DNA of 63,166 nucleotides, the filler included, from Octopus bimaculoides (taxonomy: Eukaryota), in the NCBI RefSeq assembly GCF_001194135.2. It is 4 parts of 3 records of this genome, joined end to end, with 100 filler letters (N's around TTAATTAATTAA, not from the genome) between each part and the next. Parts side by side here need not be neighbours in the genome. Positions count along the whole stretch, not along the records: positions 1 to 12,964 come from NC_068987.1; positions 13,065 to 23,213 come from NW_026348194.1; positions 23,314 to 48,608 come from NC_068987.1; 1 more part is not named here. One strand, written 5' to 3'. Positions 12,548 through 23,685 of the stretch are shown in pieces; the stretch's first letter is position 1, and each line of letters starts with the position of its first letter. The notes beneath the pieces were generated by a model. The model was not told the origin of the DNA and ran no database searches. It worked only from the letters and a program-made list of their open reading frames with translations. The position numbers and the translations under genes are program-made.

Positions 12548-12723
12548 AAATGCTTAGCGGTAACTCGTCTGTCTTTACGTTCTGAGTCCAAATTCCGTCG
12601 AGGTCGACTTTACATTTCATTATTTCGGGGTCGATAAATTAAGTACCAGTTGCGTACTGAATTGATCTAACCGACTGACCCCTCCCCAAAAATTTCGGGC
12701 CTTGTGCATAGAGTAGAAAAGAA
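12548..12723 (+). mobile_element. SINE family A
   Basis: aaatgcttagcggt..ctgagtccaaattcc..gaggtcgacttt..gtcgataaattaagtaccag. Confidence 0.85.
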
Positions 12724-12769
12724 TCATAAAGATATGCTACAGAGAAACGGTATTTTTGACTTTTTCTCG

Positions 12770-12932
12770 TGAATATATATATTCATCTTCAAAAATGGAC
12801 GTAAAGCAGCTGAAACTGTTCGCGATATCAAAGAAATGTTTGGTGAGGAAATGACCAGTGAGTGGTCAGCCCGAAAATGGTTTAAACGATTTCGCAGTGG
12901 AGACCTGAGCCTTGAAGATCGTGAGCGTAGTC
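12770..12932 (+). mobile_element. mariner transposase N-terminal (HTH) fragment
   Basis: FKNGRKAAETVRDIKEMFGEEMTSEWSARKWFKRFRSGDLSLEDRERS. Confidence 0.8.
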
Positions 12933-13008
12933 AATAATTATCCCGGTTATAATATGTATATATANNNNNNNNNNNNNNNNNNNNNNNNNNNNNNNNNNNN
13001 NNNNNNNN

Positions 13009-13020
13009 TTAATTAATTAA
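13009..13020. other. Assembly gap linker TTAATTAATTAA (also at 23258-23269 and 48653-48664)
   Basis: Identical 12-mer centred in N-runs (44 N + 12 + 44 N = 100 at the first site). It places stop codons in all six frames. Confidence 0.9.
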
Positions 13021-13089
13021 NNNNNNNNNNNNNNNNNNNNNNNNNNNNNNNNNNNNNNNNNNNNATATATATATATATATATATACATA

Positions 13090-14135
13090 CCATATATTTC
13101 TTTCCATGTAAACATCACTCGATCTCTGTTTTGTCTTAAATTCATGCTTATTTATGTATCGCTTTTTCTTTACTTTATTCAAGTTATGCTCCTCTAAGCC
13201 CAAACCTGTCTAAAATTTTGTCTCTCCTCCCTTTAAAAATTACGACTTAATTCTCATTCAATTATGTTACCGATTTAAGCATTTAATCTCACGATTTATA
13301 CACTGGTCTCTTTCAACTTTGTTCTAAAAACCCAAGGAATTTAACCAGCATGATGTACTGTTGCCTGTACCTTCTCTCTCTCTCTCTCTCTGCACCACTA
13401 TTTCCCTCTCCCCCTCTCTCTCTGCATCACTACTTCTCTCTCCCCCTCTCCCTCTTCGACTCGTATGTGACCCTAACTCTATATAACCAGTTGAATTTCC
13501 AACTTCATCCTAATTCGTCTTCGAATCTTTCTGCTGACAGAACTACAACTTAGATCTCCAAAATATGTACAGCTAAGAAAATTTTTATCCTTCTAACTTT
13601 CATATATTATCCCTTCTTTCTGCGCCTTCCCACCCCCTTCTCTATTATCTATATATTTCTTTCCATGTAAACATCATTCGATCTCTGTTTTGTCTTAAAT
13701 TCATGCTTATTTATGGTTTTTTCTTCTTTATCTTATTCAAGTTATTGCTTTTTCTTTACTTTATTCAAGTTATGCTCCTCTAAGCCCAAACCTGTCTAAA
13801 ATTTTGTCTCTCCTCCCTTTAAGAATTACGATTTAATTCTCATTCAATTATGTTACTGATTTAAGCATTTAATCTCACGATTTATACACTGCTGTCTCTT
13901 TCAACTTTGTTCTAAAAACCCAAGGAATTTAACCAGCGTGATGTTGTGTTGCCTGTACCTCTCTCTCTCTCTCTCTGCACCACTATTTCCCTCTCTCCCC
14001 CTCTCTCTCTGCATCACTACTTCTCTCTCCCCCTCTCCCTCTTCGACTCGTACGTGACCCTAACTCTATATAACCAGTTGAATTTCCAACTTCATCCTAA
14101 TTCGTCTTTGAATCTCACTGCTGACAGAACTACGA
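13090..14135 (+). repeat. Tandem direct duplication of a unit of about 460-485 bp (13090-13550 and 13650-14135)
   Basis: Both copies run from atatttctttccatgtaaacatca to ctgctgacagaactac and differ by scattered substitutions. The second copy has an internal duplication of about 30 bp. Confidence 0.9.
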
Positions 14136-14399
14136 CGAAGCTCTCTTAGCTCACGGTATTCCTGCCCTCTCACCCCCTCCACCAGTACCGGAAGTTTAGA
14201 TCGTCTACCATCCTTAGCTGTCTCCCGCGAACACTGCTAGTGACCTTATACCAAACCTCCCCTCTTATTGACCTTATAGCGCATAAAGATTGTGTAGTAT
14301 ATGCAGGTTGTAGGTATTGTTTCGTTTATGAATTCTGCCAAATGCAAGCTTTCTTTTCAGGTGCACGACACTGCTTTCCCCCATCCCAGGGTCTCACAG

Positions 14400-17300
14400 G
14401 CTTGAACTGAGACGCGTAGATTTGTGCTGCATCCAAGAAGTTAGATGGAGAGGAGGTTCTGCGAGGTTCCTCACAGGCAAAGAACACAGGTACAAGATTT
14501 TCTGGGCAGGGAACACTGACGGGGTCGGGGGTGTGGGAATACTCCTAGCAGAGGAATGGGTTGATAAGGTAATTGAGGTAGTTAGAATATGTAACAGAGT
14601 ACTTAAGATTAGGCTAGTGCTTCATGCCCCTCAACCGGGGCTACCGGATGGGCAGAAAGACCAATTCTACGACACCCTCCTGCAAATTACCTCATTGACG
14701 AATGACAGGGACCATCTCTTTGTGGCTGGTGATTTCAATGGTCATGTCGGACGTCATGCAGGGGTTTTCCATGGCATTCATGGAGGCTATGGCTTCGGTT
14801 CCCGCAATGAGGAGGGAACCAGACTGCTGGAGCTTTGTGATGCAAACGATCTTATGGTTTGCAATACCAATTTCAAGAAACCTGCCTGTCACCTAGTCAC
14901 CTGCCGCTCCGGCAGACACACTAGCCAAATCGACTACATCCTTGCCAGAAATAGGGAGGCTTATAAATGCCAAAACCTTCCCTGGCGAAGAATGTACCCC
15001 TCAACACAAATTAGTAGTTAGCGACTTCGGGATAAAGGCAAAAAGAATGCTCAGAAGTAGACCGAACAGACAGAGATTTAGAGACATACTACTTGAAGCA
15101 TTTGACGAAATAGAAGGGGATATAGCATCATACAATATGGAAGACAACTGGAGGTTCCTACAGGACAACCTGCTGAGTGCTGCCGACCAGATCTGTGGCT
15201 GGTGTAAAGTCCCCTCTCGACCCAAAGTAACTTGGTGGTGTAACAGGGCTATCAGACAAAAGAAACAGGATTGGAAGGACTGGAAGAATGGAGGTAGCAG
15301 GGAAGTGTATCAGACTGCTAGAAGGGAAGTTAGGAGACAGGTTTATCTAGCCAGAGGGGAAGCAGATAAGAAAATGTTTGCCAATGTTCTGCGCCGTGAG
15401 GACCAAAGACTTGAAATATTTCATGTTGCAAGACAGTCTGTGAGAGAGAATCGTGATGTCGTGGGAGAGAAATGTGTTCGCATGAATGATGGTACGCTTG
15501 CTCTAAATGAGGCTGCAAAGAAAGAGGTTTGGAGACGCCACTATGAAAGATTGCTCAATAAAGAGAATGAATGGGAGAAAGAGAGTCTGTCGAATGTCGA
15601 CCCAACAGAGGGACCAGCTATCTGAGTTGAGAGTTCCATGGTAGATAAAGCAANNNNNNNNNNNNNNNNNNNNNNNNNNNNNNNNNNNNNNNNNNNNNNN
15701 NNNNNNNNNNNNNNNNNNNNNNNNNNNNNNNNNNNNNNNNNNNNNNNNNNNNNNNNNNNNNNNNNNNNNNNNNNNNNNNNNNNNNNNNNNNNNNNNNNNN
15801 NNNNNNNNNNNNNNNNNNNNNNNNATTAGGGAGCGAGTCAGCTTAGATGAGATGCAGTTTAGGTTCGTGCCAGGGAAAAGCACCACTGATGCTATATTTC
15901 AGGTAAGACAGCTGCAGGAGAAATACCTAGCCAAGGATAAACCTGTGTACCTGGCTTTCGTCGACATGGAGAAAGCCTTTGAAAGGGTCCCCCGATCCCT
16001 TATCTGGTGGTCAATGAGGAAACTAGGGATAGAAGAATGGTTAGTGAGAGCTGTGCAAGCCATGTACAGAGACGCTGTCAGTAAGGTGAGGGTTGGCAAT
16101 GAGTACAGTGAAGAATTCCGGGTAGAGGTAGGGGTCCACCAAGGTTCTGTCCTCAGTCGCCTCCTATTTATCATAGTCCTCCAGGCGATAACAGAGTAAT
16201 TCAAGACAGGATGTCACTGGGAGCTCCTTTATGCTGATGACCTTGCACTAATTGCTGCTCAGTATGTAGAAAAGGAGTAGGTAGTAACTCTATAAGATGT
16301 ACCCGGTGCAAGCTATGGACACATAAGAGGTGCAGCAATATCAAACGCAGGTTAACTGGGAAGATAGTTTTTGTATGTGGCAGATGCTCATGTGCAATAA
16401 ACACTGTAAACAAACAGGAAACAACTTCTATCTCATTCCACAGAGAAAAACTAGAGGTAGTTGATAGCTTCCGCTATCTGGGTGACCAAGTTAGTAGTGG
16501 GGGTGGGTGCGCTGAAAGTGTAGCTGCTAGAATAAGAATAGCCTGGGCAAAGNNNNNNNNNNNNNNNNNNNNNNNNNNNNNNNNNNNNNNNNNNNNNNNN
16601 NNNNNNNNNNNNNNNNNNNNNNNNNNNNNNNNNNNNNNNNNNNNNNNNNNNNNNNNNNNNNNNNNNNNNNNNNNNNNNNNNNNNNNNNNNNNNNNNNNNN
16701 NNNNNNNNNNNNNNNNNNNNNNNNNNNNNNNNNNNNNNNNNNNNNNNNNNNNNNNNNNNNNNNNNNNNNNNNNNNNNNNNNNNNNNNNNNNNNNNNNNNN
16801 NNNNNNNNNNNNNNNNNNNNNNNNNNNNNNNNNNNNNNNNNNNNNNNNNNNNNNNNNNNNNNNNNNNNNNNNNNNNNNNNNNNNNNNNNNNNNNNNNNNN
16901 NNNNNNNNNNNNNNNNNNNNNNNNNNNNNNNNNNNNNNNNNNNNNNNNNNNNNNNNNNNNNNNNNNNNNNNNNNNNNNNNNNNNNNNNNNNNNNNNNNNN
17001 NNNNNNNNNNNNNNNNNNNNNNNNNNNNNNNNNNNNNNNNNNNNNNNNNNNNNNNNNNNNNNNNNNNNNNNNNNNNNNNNNNNNNNNNNNNNNNNNNNNN
17101 NNNNNNNNNNNNNNNNNNNNNNNNNNNNNNNNNNNNNNNNNNNNNNNNNNNNNNNNNNNNNNNNNNNNNNNNNNNNNNNNNNNNNNNNNNNNNNNNNNNN
17201 NNNNNNNNNNNNNNNNNNNNNNNNNNNNNNNNNNNNNNNNNNNNNNNNNNNNNNNNNNNNNNNNNNNNNNNNNNNNNNNNNNNNNNNNNNNNNNNNNNNN

Positions 17301-17660
17301 NNNNNNNNNNNNNNNNNNNNNNNNNNNNNNNNNNNNNNNNNNNNNNNNNNNNNNNNNNNNNNNNNNNNNNNNNNNNNNNNNNNNNNNNNNNNNNNNNNNN
17401 NNNNNNNNNNNNNNCACCATTTTGAGTGTGGCCGTTGCCAGTACCGCCTGACTGACCTTCATGCAGGTGACACGTAAAAGCACCCACTACACTCTCTGAG
17501 TGGTTGGCGTTAGGAAGGACATCCAGCTGTAGAAACTCTGCCAAATCAGATTGGAGCCTGGTGTTGCCATCCGGTTTCACCAGTCCTCAGTCAAATCGTC
17601 CAACCCATGCTAGCATGGAAAGCGGACGTTAAACGATGATGATGATGATGATGATGATGA
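14400..17660 (+). mobile_element. RTE-clade LINE (APE + RT), 5'-truncated, decayed, with (GAT)n tail
   Basis: APE motifs CCIQEVRW, AGDFNGHVG, SQIDYIL; RT motifs QFRFVPGKSTTDAIF, AFVDMEKAF, GVHQGSVLS, LLYADDL, FRYLGD. The 3' UTR ends aaacgatgatgatg (17636-17660). Frameshifts, stops and two gaps. Confidence 0.95.
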
Positions 17661-18947
17661 TATACCAGAGTATATACTCAAAAATATTCATAAAACATTT
17701 TATCCTTTTATTATAATTATTCTTCTTAAATAATCCTCTGAATAACCCTAAACTTTATACAATATAGCAGTATTGCTTAAAATATTTAACTGTAGTACTA
17801 GATGATAAGATCCCCACCACCACCACCGTTTCATTATCAATGCTAGTGGCTAGCCCCCTTAATTGTCAGCTAACATCTTGATTTAAGTTTTCCTTTACCA
17901 AATCCCATGAATAAATCTTGATTTTTATAACTATACCCACTGATTTCTGTCGACTCCCTCAGCCCTACTCCTAACAGACCCAGCCGTAGATATACAATGA
18001 TTTGATAAAACTAGTCTATAAATTAAAACTGACCCCGTATAAAAGTTATCTTCCTGATAACTTAGTAGCTTTTAAGTGGAAGGAAGGGTAACTTGGAGAT
18101 TTTAGGCAAAATTATACTGTGTCCATCTGTTTTATTTTAATTAAATTCTATGTCTTTGTGCAGCTGAGGATTGGTCTGCTTTTAAATTGATGTAATGGTT
18201 GCATTGTTCAATTAAATGGAGTTGCGTGAAGTGATCGTACTGCATTACCTCTGGATATCCTTGTTGCTTATATATANNNNNNNNNNNNNNNNNNNNNNNN
18301 NNNNNNNNNNNNNNNNNNNNNNNNNNNNNNNNNNNNNNNNNNNNNNNNNNNNNNNNNNNNNNNNNNNNNNNNNNNNNNNNNNNNNNNNNNNNNNNNNNNN
18401 NNNNNNNNNNNNNNNNNNNNNNNNNNNNNNNNNNNNNNNNNNNNNNNNNNNNNNNNNNNNNNNNNNNNNNNNNNNNNNNNNNNNNNNNNNNNNNNNNNNN
18501 NNNNNNNNNNNNNNNNNNNNNNNNNNNNNNNNNNNNNNNNNNNNNNNNNNNNNNNNNNNNNNNNNNNNNNNNNNNNNNNNNNNNNNNNNNNNNNNNNNNN
18601 NNNNNNNNNNNNNNNNNNNNNNNNNNNNNNNNNNNNNNNNNNNNNNNNNNNNNNNNNNNNNNNNNNNNNNNNNNNNNNNNNNNNNNNNNNNNNNNNNNNN
18701 NNNNNNNATATATATATATATACGCGAGTGAGAGAATAAAGAGTCTTTTAAGGGAAATCAGGTTGTTATTACTAGCTAACTGGATCACTTCGTAGGTCCT
18801 CTTTGTGGCTACCACTAGAACCAATGACAACGGAGGAATCAAATTGCAAACCACGATAAAGCGCTGCCTATGAGAATGAGTTGTGTTTTAAACATTTTTA
18901 TTAACTGTATATGATAAGCTCATTATTATTATTATCATTATTATTAT

Positions 18948-19047
18948 TTTAAACCCTTCGATCAAAATTTCAAGTTCCAAACCCCAACTCCATAATGACA
19001 ACTTAGTTGAAGTGTATTTCAACAGAAATATGGTAACAAAGGGTTAA
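18948..19047. mobile_element. Short MITE-like element with TTAACCCTT-type ends
   Basis: Left ttaaacccttcgatc versus right ggtaacaaagggttaa form an imperfect TIR with TTAA-like flanks. Confidence 0.35.
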
Positions 19048-20809
19048 TCAGACAAAGGATATGGTATGGGGGTCTTAAGGAGTCATTCGATCAGGCATCA
19101 CCAACACTACACAACAGGAAACATATCAGGCAGCAAGATTAGATCTCAAGTAACAACTACATCTTAGTCTGACGGAATAGATAGTAGATCAGTTTTGCTA
19201 ATAAGCCGTCGGTATCTGGATGCATATCAGGGGAGATAACTGCTGATGGGAACCAAAATACAATGATGCGGCAATTAAGGTTTTAAAATATTTTCTAAAA
19301 CAAATCTTAATTAGTACGACATAGTATTTGTATGTTAATATTTAGCAATATGCAAGTAAAAGTGTAGGAATACAAGAACAAATATATAGTGTTACAAATT
19401 ACTCGAAAAAGTCAACATTGTAAAAGGCGGGATTTTGTACCATGCTTTGTCATTCCCACGCCTTTATAAAGATAACAGCCTAAAATATAACATAGAAATG
19501 ATTTTTAATATATAATCAAGCATGCCCTTAAAATACAAATAAAACCAGACATGTATTTTTTCTCGTGACCAAATTACCATTTTAAATAATTTTTTGTTTT
19601 CCAAACATTGTCGGTAAGAGAAAACAAAGTGGTGTTTCTCAAATCCAACATTTGAAAGAATTTATAAATATCGACGGGTGAGAAATATTCATCGCACAAG
19701 ACCGATTAAAAATTATTTAATTAAGGGTGATTTGATCAATGGCAAATCACCCTTAATTATATAATTTTTTCAAGAGTGGAGCTAACGTAAAAGAATTATA
19801 TATATTCAGATTTAATTCATAAATTATCTTACCTTACTTGCAGAACTCATTGTATGTTTACATAAAGTTGATTAAAAAATAAGGACGATCCTATGTTGAG
19901 ATTAATACTCTCAAACCCAATGCCGCCAGTTGCCTTTAGATCGGTTTGTTTTTCATCCGCTTCATAATACATTTTTTAAGTAAATGAGAATTTAGAATTG
20001 TATTATTTCGTAATTAATTATACACTAAACAAATTAAATTTTAAAATTTTACACACACACATATATGAAGAAGATTAAAAAAAAATTGCTTGCTGCTGAC
20101 GAAAAATACATCCATTTCATTTTTTTCTTTTTAAAGAAATTAATCATAAAAATGTCACAAATATTTAAAATAATGTAAATTTAGCTAATCGAAAGACTCT
20201 TTTGCTGACATACAGGAAGTTGCAACAGTTTCCATGGAGATAGCAAGACAATGAAGGCGAAACTTTTACGTAGACTCTTGGCCTATTGGAAATAGCAGCC
20301 AAATCTTTTTTAAACAATACGATAACGTCTAAAAAANNNNNNNNNNNNNNNNNNNNNNNNNNNNNNNNNNNNNNNNNNNNNNNNNNNNNNNNNNNNNNNN
20401 NNNNNNNNNNNNNNNNNNNNNNNNNNNNNNNNNNNNNNNNNNNNNNNNNNNNNNNNNNNNNNNNNNNNNNNNNNNNNNNNNNNNNNNNNNNNNNNNNNNN
20501 NNNNNNNNNNNNNNNNNNNNNNNNNNNNNNNNNNNNNNNNNNNNNNNNNNNNNNNNNNNNNNNNNNNNNNNNNNNNNNNNNNNNNNNNNNNNNNNNNNNN
20601 NNNNNNNNNNNNNNNNNNNNNNNNNNNNNNNNNNNNNNNNNNNNNNNNNNNNNNNNNNNNNNNNNNNNNNNNNNNNNNNNNNNNNNNNNNNNNNNNNNNN
20701 NNNNNNNNNNNNNNNNNNNNNNNNNNNNNNNNNNNNNNNNNNNNNNNNNNNNNNNNNNNNNNNNNNNNNNNNNNNNNNNNNNNNNNNNNNNNNNNNNNCA
20801 ACAGCAGCA

Positions 20810-21305
20810 GAAACACAGCACTGACGCCAACGACCCCCAGTACCAGTACTATGGCCGGAGATGACGACCATGCACACACCAGCAACACCAGTGAGGTTAC
20901 CGGCCCCACGCCCAATATTACCAATGATGGCACCCACATCACCATTGGCAACAGTCTCACCAACGCCACGGGCAGGGATGACCACTACAATGACAACAGC
21001 TGCAGCAATATTACCAGACCCATAATAATAACAGCACCGATGGCAGCTCCAACAACAACAGCATATCCAGGCATGGAGCCAACTGAAAATGTGCGAGTAA
21101 TGTGAGTACAACCTAGCCTAGAAATATGTCAGATCAGCCGGGACAGCCTTCAAGCGGCACCTGTATAACCACAGGTCCTCTTTCAGGATTCTGGAAAGAC
21201 GATTCGTCACATCCCTGGCCAGCCACAGTGAAACCACCAAACACCCAGGCATTTACCTGAATAGCAGAAGTGAAATCTTTAGTCCTTGCCCACATGAAAG
21301 GAAGT
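20810..21305 (+). mobile_element. Penelope-like element remnant (low-complexity linker plus GIY-YIG C-terminus)
   Basis: 21125-21305 translates KYVRSAGTAFKRHLYNHRSSFRILERRFVTSLASH..LNSRSEIFSPCPHERK*, matching the PLE pattern YIG..FKxRxxNHxxSF / LNxRSExxxxCxH. Confidence 0.65.
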
Positions 21306-22062
21306 AGTTCCTATCATATCTATGTACCCCATCATGACTACAATCAACTTCGACCCACCAACACCGGCAAAGAGTTTGACTAGAGCATACACTAATGCCC
21401 CACAAACACACACCCCAACACGGCGGACACCTACCCAACATACTTTTTTCCACCACCCCACCCCCAATATAAACTCCCACACATATTGTACCTCTACACA
21501 CACACTATATGCACACATCAAGACCCCACAAATTTATCCAATACATAAAAGAAAGAAAGCACGCAAACAAACACAGATGTGTATGGTCACACCGCTTGCA
21601 AAGGTTATACATACAGTAACACTACATACATTCCATTTCCACACAAACATAAACCTTAAGGAGACACACATTTCCTACAAACTTTTCCAGAAAACTCTTA
21701 CCAACTTACAGTGTAACCACCCCAGTGGCGATCTTTTGGTACCAAGGGACATAACTCTTAACTGAACTCCCTTCTCATTTTATTTCATCAGCAACTATGA
21801 ACCAGATGTATCTATTCACTTAATACTCTGTTGAATCCTTAGCGTGAAACTGATTGGTACTGTACATTATCACATTATGCTGTTGTAATGCACGAAATAA
21901 ACTTGCTTTTATCTTGAGCTGAAATCGGTGACAATCCCTCCAAACATTGGATCATATACGGTATGATGAAGTTATAAATTTACATGTATTATATTAAAAA
22001 CGTGTACATTAGGACAGGATAGAAAAAATATATATATAATATACAAGTTAAGTTAAAAGTAT

Positions 22063-22989
22063 ACATCTACGGACCGTTTCTGGGTACTACTCAAGCAGAG
22101 CGGACCCGAACGCGCTGTCGCGCGTCCGCGCTAGCTAGTCGTGAGTGGTCGATCCTACGTAAAGTGCGCGCGAAACGTTAGAAGCTGCAATCATTGAAAA
22201 TGTGGAGCCAGGAACTACGATTTTCACGGATATGTGGCCCATTCTGGTCACGGATAAAACGTAGACTGAAATATAAAAGTGGATCATGTGGTAACATGAA
22301 ATGGTCACATATTNNNNNNNNNNNNNNNNNNNNNNNNNNNNNNNNNNNNNNNNNNNNNNNNNNNNNNNNNNNNNNNNNNNNNNNNNNNNNNNNNNNNNNN
22401 NNNNNNNNNNNNNNNNNNNNNNNNNNNNNNNNNNNNNNNNNNNNNNNNNNNNNNNNNNNNNNNNNNNNNNNNNNNNNNNNNNNNNNNNNNNNNNNNNNNN
22501 NNNNNNNNNNNNNNNNNNNNNNNNNNNNNNNNNNNNNNNNNNNNNNNNNNNCAAGTTTCCCTCAGTGTCTAATCCCAATGTGCACCTTTTTTAAAATTTA
22601 TTTACGTTGTTTAGAAAATAAAAATTATTTTGTTCACAAAATTTAATTAAAAGAAAAAAAATGTATGAAGTTAACAAAAACAGATAGTGTGTTATTTTTA
22701 TTCCTTCTACCTATCTACGTTGTTTAGAAAAGTAAAAAGTAATTTTAAAAAAATTATTTACTTTGTTTAAAAGAAATTATTTACTAATTTGCATGCGCAC
22801 AAATGTATTCATTTGCACGCGCGCTCGCGTGCACTTTTCGTAGGATCTACCACTCACGACTAGCTAGCGCGGACGCGCGACTGCGCGTTCGGGTCCGCTC
22901 TGCTTGAGTAGTACCCCGTTTCTGGGATGTGTCTATTAATATGGTGTTGTACTCATATTAGAGATTAGACACTCCCTTCATCAGGATGT
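22063..22989 (-). ncRNA. Hammerhead ribozyme motif interrupted by the Merlin insertion
   Basis: Removing Merlin and one TSD restores ACAUC-CUGAUGA-A-GGGA.GUGUCUA..UAGACAC.UCCC-A-GAAAC-GG-U-CC-GUA/GAUGU. Confidence 0.7.
22083..22915 (+). mobile_element. Merlin (IS1016/IS1595-like) DNA transposon, internally deleted
   Basis: TIRs of about 91 bp beginning GGTACTACTC with about 4 mismatches. 9-bp TSD CCGTTTCTG at 22074-22082 and 22916-22924. Internal IIENVEPGTTIFTDMW is fused to FWSRIKRRLK, which are Merlin DDE motifs. Confidence 0.85.
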
Positions 22990-23369
22990 TTGTTATACAT
23001 AAAGAAGAAAGAATAAACATATAGAAAACATAAAAAGCTTAGAGTGACATATACAATATGTTAACATACAAGTAAAAAACAACTGGTCCGTAGATGTATA
23101 CTTTTAACTTAACTTGTATATTATATATATATATATATATTTCTATCCTGTCCTAATGTACACGTTTTTAATATAATATATGTAAATTTATAACTTCATC
23201 ATACCGTATATATNNNNNNNNNNNNNNNNNNNNNNNNNNNNNNNNNNNNNNNNNNNNTTAATTAATTAANNNNNNNNNNNNNNNNNNNNNNNNNNNNNNN
23301 NNNNNNNNNNNNNCAAGAGATTTGGTAAATAAAATTTGAAGTAAAGCAACAAAAATTCAATAGGTTATA

Positions 23370-23455
23370 GCAGTACGTACGTTTCGTACAAGCTCCATTT
23401 ATTCATGTAGTGATAACACTACAGAAAATACAATGAAAATGTACTCCTCAGCTGC
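23370..23455 (-). ncRNA. Minimal Type I hammerhead ribozyme, canonical core (inverted twin)
   Basis: Reverse complement of 23600-23685 with one substitution outside the core. Confidence 0.85.
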
Positions 23456-23599
23456 ATAAAGGAATTTCATTTTAGAAAGTCATTTTGAAGATGTTTGCAA
23501 AAGACAAGAGTAAGAGAAGAAAACACATCTGGACTATGCAGCATAGTCCAGATGTGTTTTCTTCTCTCAAAATGACTTTCTAAAATGAAATTCCTTTAT

Positions 23600-23685
23600 G
23601 CAGCTGAGGAGTACATTTTCATTGTATTTTCTGTAGTGTTATCACTACATGAATAAATGGTGCTTGTACGAAACGTACGTACTGC
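23600..23685 (+). ncRNA. Minimal Type I hammerhead ribozyme, canonical core
   Basis: Helix I GCAG/CUGC; CUGAGGA at 23604-23610; helix II GUACA/UGUAC with internal UGUAGUG-UUAU-CACUACA hairpin; GAAA at 23670-23673; palindromic helix III ACGUACGU; GUA cleavage triplet ending at 23681. Confidence 0.85.

Larger units (their letters stand above)
21954..23211. repeat. Inverted-repeat structure (arms 21954-22075 and 23085-23211), PLE pseudo-LTR-like
   Basis: atatacggtatgatgaagttataa...ctacggacc is the reverse complement of ggtccgtag...ttcatcataccgtatat, apart from (TA)n length and a few substitutions. Confidence 0.9.

Noticed and set aside
19825-19960. Minus-strand open stretch MYYEADEKQTDLKATGGIGFES near donor-like gtaag
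   Set aside because: No recognisable homology, and a stop precedes the donor in that frame.
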